From Eledone cirrhosa (taxonomy: Eukaryota): 64,000 bases of DNA. Of this stretch, positions 14,321-27,650 are shown one piece after another. Within the stretch, counting starts at the first letter, position 1; each line of letters opens with the position of its first letter. The DNA is taken from assembly GCA_964016885.1 (NCBI GenBank), contig OZ024742.1:280116001-280180000 (forward strand), written 5' to 3'. The notes beneath the pieces were generated by a model, which worked only from the letters and a program-made list of their open reading frames with translations, was not told where the DNA came from and did not search any database. A program made the translations under genes and the position numbers.

Positions 14321-15118
14321 GACGTAAAATAAGAAAATTATAAAAATTAACTTACTTACTAAAATTTCACTCCAACTAATTAGTTTCTGAAAGGGTATAA
14401 ACATGGTTTCCGAATGGAACATGGAGAATACCTTTCGTCATCCGGAAGTCAATTCTCAGGTAAGTTCCCAGGCGATGCGTGGACACAGGGAACTTATACA
14501 AAAAATAATTCAGTGGATGGAAAAAAGCAAGCGAGGACTAAATTCCAGGACATTGAAAAAATCACTGCCTACTTGGTCGGTGGCAAATTCAAGAGAATCA
14601 ATCACGTGACATCGAGGTTAATCAGTGAGGAGTGGGGTGTTAATAAGAGTAGCCTGACTATTACTATGAACCATAGTAGTAGTTTTGGCAAATCTTTGCT
14701 CAACAAAATAATTTGGAGATAATTATAAAGAATTAGTATATCTACCAACATATATATACAGATGCATACCTATGCTAGCCAATATATAGGTTTTGTCTTA
14801 GTAACTTTGTGGTTCAATGCAAGGGGATGCATGAACAATTATATGAAAGACGTAAAATAAGAAAATTATGAAAATTAACTTACTTACTAAAATTTCACTC
14901 CAACTAATTAGTTTCTGAAAGGGAATAAACATGGTTTCCGAATGGAACATGGAGAATACATTTCGTCAAAGTTAATTTTTATAATTTTCTTATTTTACGT
15001 CTTTCATATAGTTGTTCTGCATCCCCTTGCATCGAACCACAAAGTTACTAAGACAAAACCTATATATTTGCTAGCATAGGTATGCATCTGTATATATATG
15101 TTGGTAGATATACTAATT

Positions 15119-15124
<6 letters not shown>
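14313..15124 (-). mobile_element. Non-autonomous retrozyme-like element, 528-bp unit plus inverted arm
   Basis: 128-bp direct repeats 14313-14440 and 14841-14968. Segment 14969-15124 is an inverted copy of about 14724-14881. No real ORF; (TA)n on both sides. Confidence 0.75.
14369..14449 (-). ncRNA. Type I hammerhead ribozyme (CGGATGA core variant)
   Basis: Minus strand: acttc-CGGATGA-c.gaaaggtat...atac.cctttc.a-GAAA-ctaattag-TT-ggagt; palindromic stem III. Confidence 0.6.
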
Positions 15125-15207
<83 letters not shown>

Positions 15208-15211
<4 letters not shown>

Positions 15212-15670
15212 TGAAAAATTGAAGAATAACCTGGTCAACAGTACAAAAAATGGGATTTATTAAATATATCTATCTTTATTATTAATATTAATATTGATGA
15301 TGTAATCTGAATTTGTAAATTTACCTGTTATATGTATTTTTTATAACAGTTTCTGATGATCTGATCGAGCTAACATCGTATTTGAAATTGAGTGACACTG
15401 CTTCTAGTGTTCAGCAATTTTTAGACAACTTAATCAGAGAAACAATTGTTAGACTGTAAATAAATCCTCTTTTTTGTAGTTGACCATGTTATTCACTTTT
15501 TCAATTTTATTACTCCAAGTTAAACTTACATAGGAATACAAGTGAAATCATAAACTCGTCATCTACGTAAACCTCTTGTTGAGTCAAACAACGCCGTACG
15601 CTAAAACTATCCATAATAAGAAGTATTCACAACCTCTAACATGATTACCTATAACGATATTTTGTTATCA

Positions 15671-15672
<2 letters not shown>
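15208..15672 (+). mobile_element. PLE pseudo-LTR with short inverted 5' arm
   Basis: 15208-15262 is the inverted copy of about 15458-15507; contains an HHR; (TA)n on both sides. Confidence 0.7.
15346..15457 (+). ncRNA. Type I hammerhead ribozyme with large stem II insert
   Basis: acagttt-CTGATGA-tctgat...(67 nt)...atcaga-GAAA-caattg-TT-agactgt. Confidence 0.8.
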
Positions 15673-15744
<72 letters not shown>

Positions 15745-16242
15745 TATGTGTGTGTATGTGTGTGTGTGTTTGTGTGTGTGTAGGTATGTGTGTGTGTGTG
15801 TGTATATATATATAAGGAAAATATCTCTCCTCCCTCTTTTTCAGAGTGAAAATAATTCTTACTCCATTTCACTGTTATATATGTGGCCCCATGCAAATAG
15901 TTAATATAAATTAAGTATTATTTTAAGAACTATACATAATTACACACACACCTATCTATATTCGTAACACACAACATTGCTATTATAATTGATCACAAAG
16001 TCCTATGGCATTAATATTTGAATTAAGTCAACTTAAGTTTCTTTAACTATATCTAGATTGACACAGGCTTTTGTATTTACACTTAAATACATAGATAAGT
16101 TTTAGTAACCGTTATATCACCAAGTATACACTGATATTGAAGATCACCATCTAACTTATAGTATCTAATCATGCATTAGCGCGTTTTGTAATTGAAAGCT
16201 GAATATTGAACATTCGGATAGGTTATCATATACCACTCATAA

Positions 16243-16395
16243 TAACTGTTTCTACTTTTAGGCACAAGGCCAGCAATTACCCAGTACATTACTTGTACTT
16301 TATTTTATCGACCCCGTAAGGATGAAAGGCAAAATTAACCTCGGCGGGATTTGAACTCAGAATGGCAAGGGCCGTAACTCTATGCCACTCACAAT
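16243..16395 (-). mobile_element. Meta-core SINE
   Basis: ttctactttaggcacaaggccagcaatt...cgaccccgtaaggatgaaaggcaaa...cctcggcgggatttgaactcag. Confidence 0.85.
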
Positions 16396-16920
16396 AACGC
16401 TGCGCAACCATAAACGTTGTCTAGTCTAATACCGACGTTAAGCATTGTTTTAAAAAATACACTATACGTTCAATTGAACGCGCTCATTTATTTAACAGTT
16501 TTGTATGTACACTATACGTATGTTTCCATATAAGAACTGAAATTACATTACGAGGTTTTAACTCTTATACATTAGGCACTTTTTCGTTCCTTAAATCACG
16601 TTGCATAATTCTAAATATTAATGCTACTCGCCTTGTTTATGATTATTTCTCTCATATTTGTTCTTGAAACAAATCTTTTTTTAATTTGTGCCTGTTATTT
16701 TATGATAATCGCTTGCTTTACCTAGTATATTGGGACAGGCATTCCTGAAATATAATTTTTTTTCTGAAGAGATTTGTCATATGTGATTGCAATGTTTGTT
16801 GATTTCATTAATTAAATACTTAATCTGCAAATTATTATAGATGTCTGCAATTACATTTCTTTAAATCGAAATGGACGTAGGAATTAATAAAATGACTTTA
16901 ATTCTAATATTTGGTTTTCG

Positions 16921-17017
<97 letters not shown>

Positions 17018-17506
17018 CACATGTAACATACCGATGATTGTAAATATATATTCAATTCTTTTCAAGCATGGAGTAGATAAAGTTTTCACATTTTATTGTC
17101 AATCGTGTCTTTCTATAAACAACAATCATTGATGCTTTATTTTATGGGAACAATGGTTAAATAAAGAAAGTAGGTGGTGAATTTATTGTGTACGACGTAA
17201 AAGTATATTGGTATTTACTAGTAACAATAGGGTAGTTATGTATAATTTTTTTTAAGAATTTCTAAAGAATTATGTTAACAATAAATTTGTGCTTCAATCA
17301 AATGTTTTTGTGTTGTTTTTGCTGTAAAAGTATTATTATTTACATCATTTATTTGTTCCAGCCTTTAGACTGTAGTCATACTGAGACATCACCTAGAATT
17401 AGTTCATCACGTAGACAACTGTGCCTAAGCTTTAGAGTCTGGTATTTAACATAACGATTCCTTTCTTTCGAAACACTATACAAACATAGAAGTTCACAAA
17501 CACATA

Positions 17507-17551
<45 letters not shown>

Positions 17552-17555
<4 letters not shown>

Positions 17556-17746
17556 AAAGAGTCAGGACCACGGCGGTTGAGCCCCGGCCGTTTCAACAGC
17601 TAGATCCGAACAGTTAGCTGTCGGAACGGTCGGAGCTCAGCCGTTGATGTCCTGACTATTTTCCTATTACACGCTCTACTATACTCTAAGTATCGAGTAC
17701 TCTGGTGCGTTATAGTCTACTGGTTCCTTCCCACACTTTCTTTGTT
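17552..17746 (+). mobile_element. Miniature two-arm insertion of PLE family A 3' end
   Basis: Inverted arms about 17552-17602 and 17614-17666, then tail ctctact..actctaagtat.gagtactctggtgcgttat. Homologous to 63850-63978. Confidence 0.8.
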
Positions 17747-17791
17747 ACACACACACACACACACACACACATATGTATATATATATGTATG

Positions 17792-17825
<34 letters not shown>

Positions 17826-18069
17826 TGTATACATTATTAAATCTTATTCTTATTTTGTTGTAAATAATTTTTTTCAAAATATCAATTCAAATATTTTGTG
17901 AATAGGCATCATATCGTGTCATTTAACTATGGTTTAAATTCCATATAAATCGAAGGGATAACATTTTCAGCGGGGGTTTTCAGCGGGGTCTGTGTCCCCA
18001 GGGAACCCTTTGATTAAAATGAAATATACTTATCCAAGTACCCTGGGCAATGTAGTCTCAGAAAATATA

Positions 18070-20560
18070 TGGTTAAAACCCAATTTCGCCAACCCTGCGA
18101 AGTCTGATTTATGTAGACTTAGTAAAAGAATTTTAGATAGAATTATACCTGAAATTAGAAGCTTGGTCCCTCTTGCACTGTGGAATAATTCTTTCGCGGT
18201 GATTGATTGGTTCAATGGCATATGCAAGAAGGAACATTGCCGTTTTATCCAATTCGACATCAATAACTACTACTACTTCTCCATCACTTTACCACTTCTT
18301 AGAGCTATCGATTTCGCTAAAACGCTCACAGGGGTTAAGGATTTCGAAGTTGATGTCATCCTCAATGCCGTAAGTCGGTAATTAATTTCGTCAAATCTAT
18401 TTGGATAAAAACAATCTAATAGTACCCCATTCGACGTGAGTATGGGCGCCAGCGATTTGGTGGGGGTTACAGATCTTATCGGCCTTTTCCTTCTTTTATC
18501 TATCAAGGAAGAATTCCCCAATGTGGGCGGTGGTTTGTACCGCGATGACGGTCTTTTGACCATGACAAAGTGCGGTCCACGTGCTTGCGACAGGTTCAGA
18601 AAAGAACTCACAGCCTTATTTAAAGGTTTCAACCTCTCCATACAGGTTGAGGCCAACCTTTCGGTCGTTAATTACCTCGACGTTACCCTCAATATGTCGA
18701 ATGGCTTGCACTACCCGGATAGAAAGCCGAATGATACACTTAATTACATAAGTAAGCAGTCTAACCCTCCTGCCAGCATAATCAAGAACCTGGTAAGAAA
18801 CATTTCTTTGAGGCTTTCTCGTCTATCTACAAACGAGAATATTTTCACCGACTATTCTACATATTACAATGAAGCTCGGAGTAGATTTGTCGATAAGGTA
18901 GCATATACTAAGTACGAGCATCGACCAAGGAAATATAGATCCCGACGCATTATATGGTATAACCCACCATACAATATGGAGGTGGCCACACCATTAGCTA
19001 AGATCGTTCTCTCCCTTATTAAGAAGCATTTCCCCTCAGCACATAAATATTATAACATTTTTAATAGAAATACCATTAAAATATGTCACTCTACGACTCC
19101 TAACGTTGCACACAACATCACTGCTTCAAATTTAGCTAAATTACCTAGTCATATTAACACGTGAAACCCTGTAGCTAGTACTAACTGTAATTGTAGGAAT
19201 TGGGTTAACTGCTCTTTATCCGGTAAATGCCTCTCCAGTTACATTGTCTACAAATGTAAAGTCGAAACCCCACATCCCGTAGGGCCTACACAGGGTTAAC
19301 TGCCAATAGATTCAAGCAGCGTCTTTACATGCATACCCATTCTTTTCTTAATCCCTTAAGAAGGAATATGACGTCACTTTCAGTTTATATCTGGAATCTA
19401 AAAGACAACCAAACCCAATATAGGTTACACTGGGATATCCTAGCGAATGGATATATCGTATAACTGAAATAAAAGACCATGTGATCTTTGCGCCGCTGAA
19501 GCCCTGTCAATACTCTATGCCAATGAACACATCTTAAACAAAAAATCTGAAGAAATTTCGGCTTGTAAACACAAATAGCCCCACATTATACCCTAATGGA
19601 TAGTACAATACGCCGCTAATTTACGTCTTGATGTGGTAGCTGAGTATATTTTATGTTTATACCATTACTTATTTATATACGTAAGTATACCTTACCCGCA
19701 TGTTTTGTGAAGGCACGTATAATTTTTTTGAATGTATATATGCTTGTATTTGTTATAGGTGTATATATTATATTATATATACTGGTATATGTGTATATGG
19801 TTATGTGTATATGCGTATTTCGTGTTTGTGTGTGTATGCGTGTATCCAGGTATGTAAGGTGTGTATATGTGTACATTGCGTTTTGGTTGACGTACATTCG
19901 GTGAACATACATGTATTTACTTGTAGGTATGTGCATCTGTGCGCTATATACGTACTTATGTGTGTATATTTATATACGTTTATATAATTATATGTATACA
20001 CACGTACGCATATATATATATATATATTGGTGTATATGTTCGTATGTGTGCGGGTACATTCGTCGTTTGGGTTTATATATGTGCGCGTCTGTTTATGTGT
20101 ACGTCCATATTTATGCACGCATAACGGGTGTTTTCGCGTTTGCACGTGTATGTACGTATATGGATGCGTGTATGTATATATTTATTTATTATTGATTCAT
20201 AACCTCTGTCATTTTCGTTCTACTAATTTATTTACATTATTCTTAACTCTGAAGCCGAGAATTATTCGGTTTCCTAAATAGAATATTAGTCTACGACTTC
20301 ATTTATACCATAAACGTGGTTTGTCTTTGCGTATAATTGTTCTCAACGCTCACATAACGACGTATTATATTCGCTTTTTTTCCGTTCATTGCCAGGGAAC
20401 GTCTTCAAGAACCAATGTATCGTCATCCTGTTTTCCTTCGGTTGCAACGTTTTTCGAAATATTTACTTCTGCGTTCACGGATTGATTTTTTTAGTTTCAG
20501 AAGCTCCGGTTAATGTTGAAAGCAGCGATTATTTGCTTAAACGTTAATCTGTTATTTTAA
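18070..20560 (+). mobile_element. 5'-truncated PLE (YRDD RT, CxCx5C linker, GIY-YIG; Hydra-clade-like), decayed
   Basis: NPAKSDLCRLSKRILDRI, FIQFDI, MGASD, GLYRDDGL, NYLDVTLN, IIWYNPPY, CNCRNWVNC, C-terminal CDLC..E. The 3' UTR is homologous to 35469-36429 and ends in (TA)n. Confidence 0.88.
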
Positions 20561-20912
20561 TATATATATATATATATAAGAAGAAGTTGACGGGACTAGC
20601 ATAAGGTTTCCCTGCTAGAACCGATGGCATCTCATTTTACTCAATTAGGTAATCGCAAACAAGTGATAGGTCCCTCTTCAGTTGGTTGCTGGGTGTCTCG
20701 GACATTCCATCGCATTAAAGACAATATATCTACCCCCAGTGTGTCAATAAATTGTGTAAGTTATTAGGGAAGAAAAAAAGAAGAGAGAAGATAAATTAAA
20801 CAAACGGGAAAAAAAGAGAAAACGGCGCAGAAAACGTACCGATCAAAATGGGGGGGACATCTAATAAGTAATCTAATAAGCATCTAATAAGCAGCACATC
20901 TAATAAGTAATC

Positions 20913-20951
<39 letters not shown>

Positions 20952-20953
<2 letters not shown>

Positions 20954-21200
20954 CCAAAGATTAATATGGTTCATTGATTACTTAATAAATATAGTTTTAC
21001 AAAAGAGTAAAATCACTCTACAGTAGGTTTTCTGGAGTTATTAATATTATTCAGAATAATAATAAACGAAGACATTCACATAATCAAAATATATGTTTTA
21101 TTATATATATTTCGAAGGTACTGTGCTGGTTTTTTCAGTACGTCCTCGTCAGATAAATTACATGAATTGATGCATGACATACCTCAACGGTCTTGATGGT
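20952..21200 (-). mobile_element. Solo PLE pseudo-LTR
   Basis: Carries an HHR, abuts (TA)n, and shares gagttattaatatta and catgacatacc with 34792-35168. Confidence 0.65.
21097..21157 (-). ncRNA. Type I hammerhead ribozyme
   Basis: Minus strand: tttat-CTGACGA-ggac.gtactg...cagtac.cttc-GAAA-tatata-TA-ataaa. Confidence 0.8.
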
Positions 21201-21259
21201 TCAATTCCTGTATGCGTGTGTATCTGTGTGCATGTATGTGTGTGTGTGTGTGTGTGTGT

Positions 21260-21560
21260 GTGGTTAGGGTATTCGACTTAGGATCGTAACTTCATAAGTT
21301 CTTGGCGGCATGTCGTGTCTTTTGGCAAAGCGCTTTATAACACGCTGAACCAGTCTACTCACCAAGAAAAAATGAGTGTTATCTCTAATTCAAAGCGCCA
21401 GCCTTGTCATATTCTGTGACACGTTGAGTACCCCTTTGAAGTAGGTTACATGTAGCTGTATCTGTGGAATTATCAGCCTCTTGCTCATTAACTTTGCAAG
21501 CAGGCTGTTCTGTTGGTAATTTCAACTGGAACACTTACCGTCGTTACCAAAGGAGTGCCG
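21260..21560 (+). mobile_element. Diverged tRNA-derived SINE (CORE-like family)
   Basis: tRNA-like head gtggttagggtattcgac followed by gtgtcttttggcaaagcgcttta, resembling the CORE motif. Confidence 0.45.
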
Positions 21561-21642
21561 GTATACGCACACACACACACACGCGCATACACACGCGCAT
21601 ACACACGCGCATACACACGCACGCACACACACACACACACAC

Positions 21643-21726
<84 letters not shown>

Positions 21727-21744
21727 TTATACATAAAAGAAACT

Positions 21745-22130
21745 CACTCAGGTGGTGAATGGGTGCTACACGAGGATGCTGAGGATGGCTCTGAACATTA
21801 ATCAGTATACACTGAGTATAAAGAACTCAGAGCTGTACGGGAACCTCCGAAAAGTCAGCTCGAAAGTAACACAGAGGACACTGGGGTTAGCTGGACATAC
21901 TAACCGACATTCAGAGTTGGCACTCGGTGAATTTGAAATTAGATAGATATATATGTGTGTATCAACTCTAGTGACGATGAATTGCCCAACCTGATGCGAT
22001 AGTAGAAGGCAATGCTGAATGTGAGAACCACAGGCTTGAAGAGGGAAGGAATTCACATACATGAGAACGCTCAGGATAGGCCGTATATTATGACGATGAT
22101 CAAACGACACCATTAGGAGTTAAAGGCTTT
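21745..22130 (+). pseudogene. RTE/RTE-X-like LINE 3' fragment
   Basis: NGCYTRMLRMALNI...NSELYGNLRKVSSKVTQRTLGLAGHTNRH is typical of the RTE-clade post-RT region. Confidence 0.7.
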
Positions 22131-22788
22131 GCACGTATGCACCTTAGGTTTTTGAATCAATTCAGGGTTATTTTATTGTGAATAGAAGTTCATATATTTT
22201 ATCAATAGTAAAAACGAGTTTACGTAAATTGTGTTTGTATAAATAATTTCTATTAATAATTAACAGTTCCAGAATTGGCAATTTCGAAAATTAAAGTTAG
22301 AAATTGATCATTCAAATTGAAAACCGAAACAATTGAAAATTAAAAAGTAGTTAAAATATTGAAATAAAATAAATGTATAATTTAAGTGAATCATAATACA
22401 ATATAAATTTCAAAATATATCGTATAAAAGTTAATGATGAGTAATAATAATAATGATTATATAAAGTATAACCTATTCTGGAGAGAAATATTGATAGGGT
22501 GTACAATAAAATATATGAAAGAATAATTATAATTTCCTTGTACAAACACACACGAGACGCTGTCTCTCTCTCTCTCTCTCTCTCTCCCCCCCTCTCTCTC
22601 TCTCTCACACACACACATATATATCTATTGTATATATATAACCGCAGTCTTACTTGTGTGTTTAAGATGGTGCTTTCGCTGCCACGTGTTTTGGGGTTCA
22701 CTCCAACGGCTTAAATTATTGAGGAAATGGTAGTTACTATAGCCACGATTTATATGAAACTTATTACACAAAACTGGCGCCTGCTCGC

Positions 22789-22873
<85 letters not shown>

Positions 22874-22964
22874 GTTTCTATGAGTGTTTTACATTAACAC
22901 TGTTTAATGTCAAGAAGATATAATGTGCAACCTGGGGATGAAGCCCACAATGTTAGGTTAATGT

Positions 22965-23745
22965 CGATTAAACTGACACCAAAATTTAACTGGTACATTA
23001 TTCTATAGAGCCTGAAAAGATGAATAAGTGAATTTGACCTCGGTGGAATTTAAACTCAAATTTGCCACAAATTGTTTGTATCATCCGCACTTATGTAAAC
23101 TCTTTATTAAATAATATAAATATAAAAATATAAACAAGCAAACAAATGATAACAATAGTTTAAATAATGATTTCTACTATAGCCATAAGGTCAGCAATAT
23201 TTGGTAAATCGAACCCAGTACCTTATTGGTGGTTTCTTTTATCAACTCCTTAACAATGAAAAGCAAAGCTAACCTCGGCGGGATTTGAACTCAGAACATA
23301 ACGGGCTTTAACAATATGCTACAAAGCATGTTTCAGGGGAAAGTCGATTAAATCAACCCCAGTACATTACTGGTGCTTTATTTTATCGACCCCGTGAGGA
23401 TGAAAGGAAAAGCTAACTTTAGCGGGATTAGATAATGATTTCTACTATAAGCACAAGGCCAGCAATTTTGGGGAGGGAAAGTCAAGTAAATCGACCCAGT
23501 ACGTTACTGGTGCTTTATTATGTCGACCCCGTAAGGATGAAATGCAAAGCTAACCTCGGTGGAATTAAATAATTGTTTCTACTTTTGGCACAAGGTCAGC
23601 AATTATCTCAGTGCATTACTGGAGCTTTATTTTATCGACCTCGTAAGGATGAAACGCAAAGTTAAACTCGGCGGGATTTGAACTCAGACCGTAAAGGGCC
23701 GTAACCATATGCTACAAAGCATCGCGTCCGACCCTCTACCGATAT
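22965..23745 (-). mobile_element. Head-to-tail cluster of about five Meta-core SINE copies
   Basis: Repeated tttctact..aggcacaagg.cagcaat / atcgaccccgtaaggatgaaa / cctcggcgggatt blocks. Confidence 0.85.
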
Positions 23746-24055
23746 GATGTATATTCTCTGCAGTGAATACTATGTTAGAATATAGAGTTCTCTGCTTCAC
23801 GTTGTAATATTTTCATATAATATCCAGAATTATATAGAATTGCAGAAAACTCAGAAAAGTGTTACTGAGTATATCAAGAGAAATCATGATATTGTACTGA
23901 GTAAATTTGTTAATAAGTTTTCTGCCTATTTCTTCTAATATTGGAACGTCAAATTATTAAAGCCTTCTTTGCGCTTAGAATTTCTTTGGTTTCCGCATAA
24001 ATGAAATTCGATGCGTAATGTAATTTAACTGTTGAAAAGAAGAAAATGCTGATAA

Positions 24056-26720
24056 CACCGTGTAACAAAAGAAATTTTTTTCTCTGTTCCTGGCTTGTAA
24101 TCACTTTTTAGTGTTGCTTAGGTCCCAAATAAATAAAAAAAATGTGCTATTAAACAGTTAAAAGGTTGGGTTTGTAAAAATTCTAAGCTATTCACTAGAA
24201 TTATTTGTATGCTGGATGTTATGTTGTATGTAAGTTTAATTTGTTTATGTTAAATGATTTTTTTTATATATGTTTCAGGTTAAATTAAAATTATAAAATA
24301 AAGAGTAATACCTAAAGAAAATTATAAAAGTGCAATAAAGTCAATAAAGTATAAAATTGTTAAAAAGTGGATTAAAGAGATTTATTGATACTGGATTTTC
24401 GCACCCTTAATAAAGGGTAAGTTGTGTTTTAAGCACGAATTTTCATTAGTGTGATTAGTGTCCTTGTATATTATTTAAATATGTATTTTCCTTTCCAATA
24501 TTTATTTTGTATTGCATATAAAATTTATTTTATATTTTAGGTATCAATCATGACATTAGACTTGTAATTTAACACTTCTTTCATTGAACTGCACTGCAAT
24601 TTGGTGCTAAATATTAATTTTTGTTTTCAAAATTTGATAACTTTAGCCTGAATTACCCTACTTATTTTATACATGTATGTTCATTTAAGATATTTTTATT
24701 TATACTTTCAGATCTATAAGATCTATCTTTTCTGAATGCATAAATTTCTATATGTTTAGAGTGGCTTCAAGAGGCTCCCGGCACTACCCTGACTCTGTCT
24801 GTTTTATATGTGGTGAGTATATAAAGAAGAGAGGCAAAACATTCTCATTGGAAACGTCGGTGAAGGTTTGTGAAGCTTACCAGAAGTACATCGGGATGCC
24901 AGTTGGGGACCAGGACAAGCCCTGGGCCCCTCACTACTGTTGTGAGCACTGTAAGAAGACGTTAGAAGGCTGGCTGCGAGGTGAGAAAAGGTCCCTGAAA
25001 TTTTCCAAACTACGGGTCTTGTTAGAGCCCACAGACCACGCCACAAACTGCTTTTTTAGCATGGTGGACATTAGCAAGCGGTGGAAAGTAAAGAATGCTG
25101 CTGATATAGATTATCCAGATCTTCCATCCGCAATTGCTCGAATTCCTCACTGCTCCAAATAACCCGTGCCAGAAAACCACCTGCTCCAGATGAAGTCCAA
25201 GAAAAGTATTCTGATGAAGAGGAGGGGGTGGATGCTGAGGACTTGGATTACCTGCCTGAGGTACATGAAAAGAATCCTCACTTCCCAAACCAAAAAGAAG
25301 TCAATGACTTGGTCAGGGATATGGGTCTGACCAAGTCCAATGCAGAGCTATTCGTTTCCAGGATGGAGCAGTGGAACTTGGTCAAGGAGGAAGTGCAGGT
25401 GACAAGTCAGAGAAGTCGACACGAACCTTTCTCAGGCATTTACACTCTTAGGGATGGTCTCTGCTTCTGCCATGGCGTGCCTGGACTGTTTGACGTTATT
25501 GGGTGCCGTTTGTGCCCAAGGAGTGGCGGCTATTTATATACAGCCCCACCACAAGTTTGAAGGCTGTCCTCCTCAACAATGGAAACAAGTTCCCGACACT
25601 GCCCCTAGCTCATTCAGTCTGCCAGAAGGAAGATTACTACAGTGTGAAAGTCCTCTTGGAAGCTCTGCAATAGAACCATACAATTTGGAATTCATTAGAG
25701 ACTTCAAGATGGTGGCTTTCCTGCTTGGACTCCAAGGAGGCTTCATCAAATTCCAATGCTTCCTATGCCTTTGGGACAGCAGAGCCACCTCTGACCGCTA
25801 CAAAGAAAGAACTGGGAGCAGCGATCTGAATTTGTAGTTGGGACCCGGAACGTCATGTGGGAGCCTCTGGTTGATCCAAGGATTGTGCTCATGCCACCAC
25901 TGCACATTAATTTGGGGTTGATGAAGCAGTTTGAGAAGGCTCTCAACCAAGAATCAGCTGCTTTTAAGTACCTTCTTGAGTTCTTCCCCAAGTTATCTGA
26001 GGCCAAATTCAAAGGAGGAAATTTTGTTGGACCTCAGATAAAGTAGGTGTTTGAGTCTACCGAGTTCTCCAATAAGCACAATGGGATTGAGAGAACAGCA
26101 TGGAACTGTTTCAAGGCAGTTGTTAAGGGCTTCCTGGGCAACTACAGTGCTGAAAACTACCAGGAACTGGTGCAGGATCTGATAAAGGCTTTTGGCGCCA
26201 TGGGATGCAGGATGTCGCTTAAACTCCATATGCTGGACGCTCATCTGGAAAAATTCAAGGACTATATGAGCGCCTAAACAGAAGAACAAGGCGAACGATT
26301 CCACCAAGATGTGAAAGAGATAGAGCGGAGGTACCAGGGCCACTACAATGAAAAAATGATGCGGGACTATATCTGGGGGCTAGTGCGCGAATGCGACTTG
26401 GACTACAACCACAAATCTAGAAAATCCAGTCATTTCTGACGTGTATAAGTTGCTTTATAAGTGTTATTTGTTTTTACTTGTTTGCCTTTGATAAGCTTGT
26501 GTAATAAAATAAATATATTCTCTGTTGATTTAATTATATGAACTGATAAATTAAAAAAAATGTGTATTTTCTTGAAAAATATGAAATTTTCGAAATATCA
26601 AACTTCTAACTACAAACCCAAACTTCTAATTAAATAATAGTAATATCTTCATGTTAATGGGATATAATGAACCAGTAAATGGCACTTAGAACCAGGGAAC
26701 AAAATACATCTTACACGGTG
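24056..26720 (+). mobile_element. Complete Chapaev3-type (CMC superfamily) DNA transposon
   Basis: Termini CACCGTGTAA...TTACACGGTG, TAA target duplication at 24053-24055 and 26721-26723 (TWA), subterminal tgttcc.tgg inverted match, transposase inside. Confidence 0.85.
24752..26439 (+). pseudogene. Chapaev3-like transposase with stops and frameshifts
   Basis: PDSVCFICGE, GDQDKPWAPHYCCEHC, DHATNCFF, DFKMVAFLLGLQGG..K..CFLCLWDSRA, PPLHINLGLMKQF, MSLKLHMLDAH, EEQGERFHQD. Confidence 0.88.
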
Positions 26721-26819
26721 TAATAAATCAAGCTAGGACTCACAACACACCGATACTATTTCGGTTAAGGTGATCATATATACGCATTTAACATTGGACA
26801 AAATACCTTGCGGTATATA

Positions 26820-27215
26820 GTTATGAGAATCTACATTTATATCATGCCGAGGTTAACTTCCCCTTTCATCATTCCGTGGTCGATAAAACAACGTACCAGA
26901 TATAATCGACATTGCTTTCCCTCTAAATTGCAGGTCATGCGCCAATATTAGAAATAATTATTCTCATAACTATTTTATGCATAATTTAATAATTGTTTCT
27001 ACGTTAGGCACAAGGCCAGCAATTAACCAGTGTATTACTGGTACTTTATTTTATCGACCCCGTAAGGATGAAAGGCAAAAGCCTAGAAATATCTGTACTG
27101 GCTCCTTGCATTTTGAGTTCAAATCCTAACGAACTGAACTTGGTTGTTCATCATTTCGGGATCGACAATATAAAGTACTAGAAATTGTGGCCTTGTGCCT
27201 AAATTAGAAACCATT
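26820..27215. mobile_element. Three Meta-core SINE fragments in alternating orientation
   Basis: Plus about 26820-26960, minus about 26990-27080, plus about 27110-27215, by match to 45092-45272. Confidence 0.7.
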
Positions 27216-27580
27216 AATATTTTCGATCATTGTCTTTTGTATCATAATCTGTTTATCGTCTATTATTTTTCATTTAATTCAAGCCTTTATTTTTTTAAAT
27301 TGTTTTCTAAATTTTAAATTAGATTTTCAATTTACAAATGTAAAATTTTAATTTTTAAATTATATTTTCGAAATTGCCAATTATTAAATCGTGAATTATT
27401 TATATAAATTCCTTGTACACACATATTAACAGACACACATAAATATATGTGTGTATACATGTGTATAGATAAACCCATACATACATTCATACATATATAC
27501 ATACATACATACCTACATACAGATACACACATACAAACTCTCACACATACATCTGTGAACACAAATACACCAAACACACA

Positions 27581-27650
<70 letters not shown>

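Noticed and set aside
20580-20915. Island between TA tracts with minus-strand CTGAAGA and GAAA
   Set aside because: Stem I cannot be formed. It may be another pseudo-LTR remnant, but this is unsupported.
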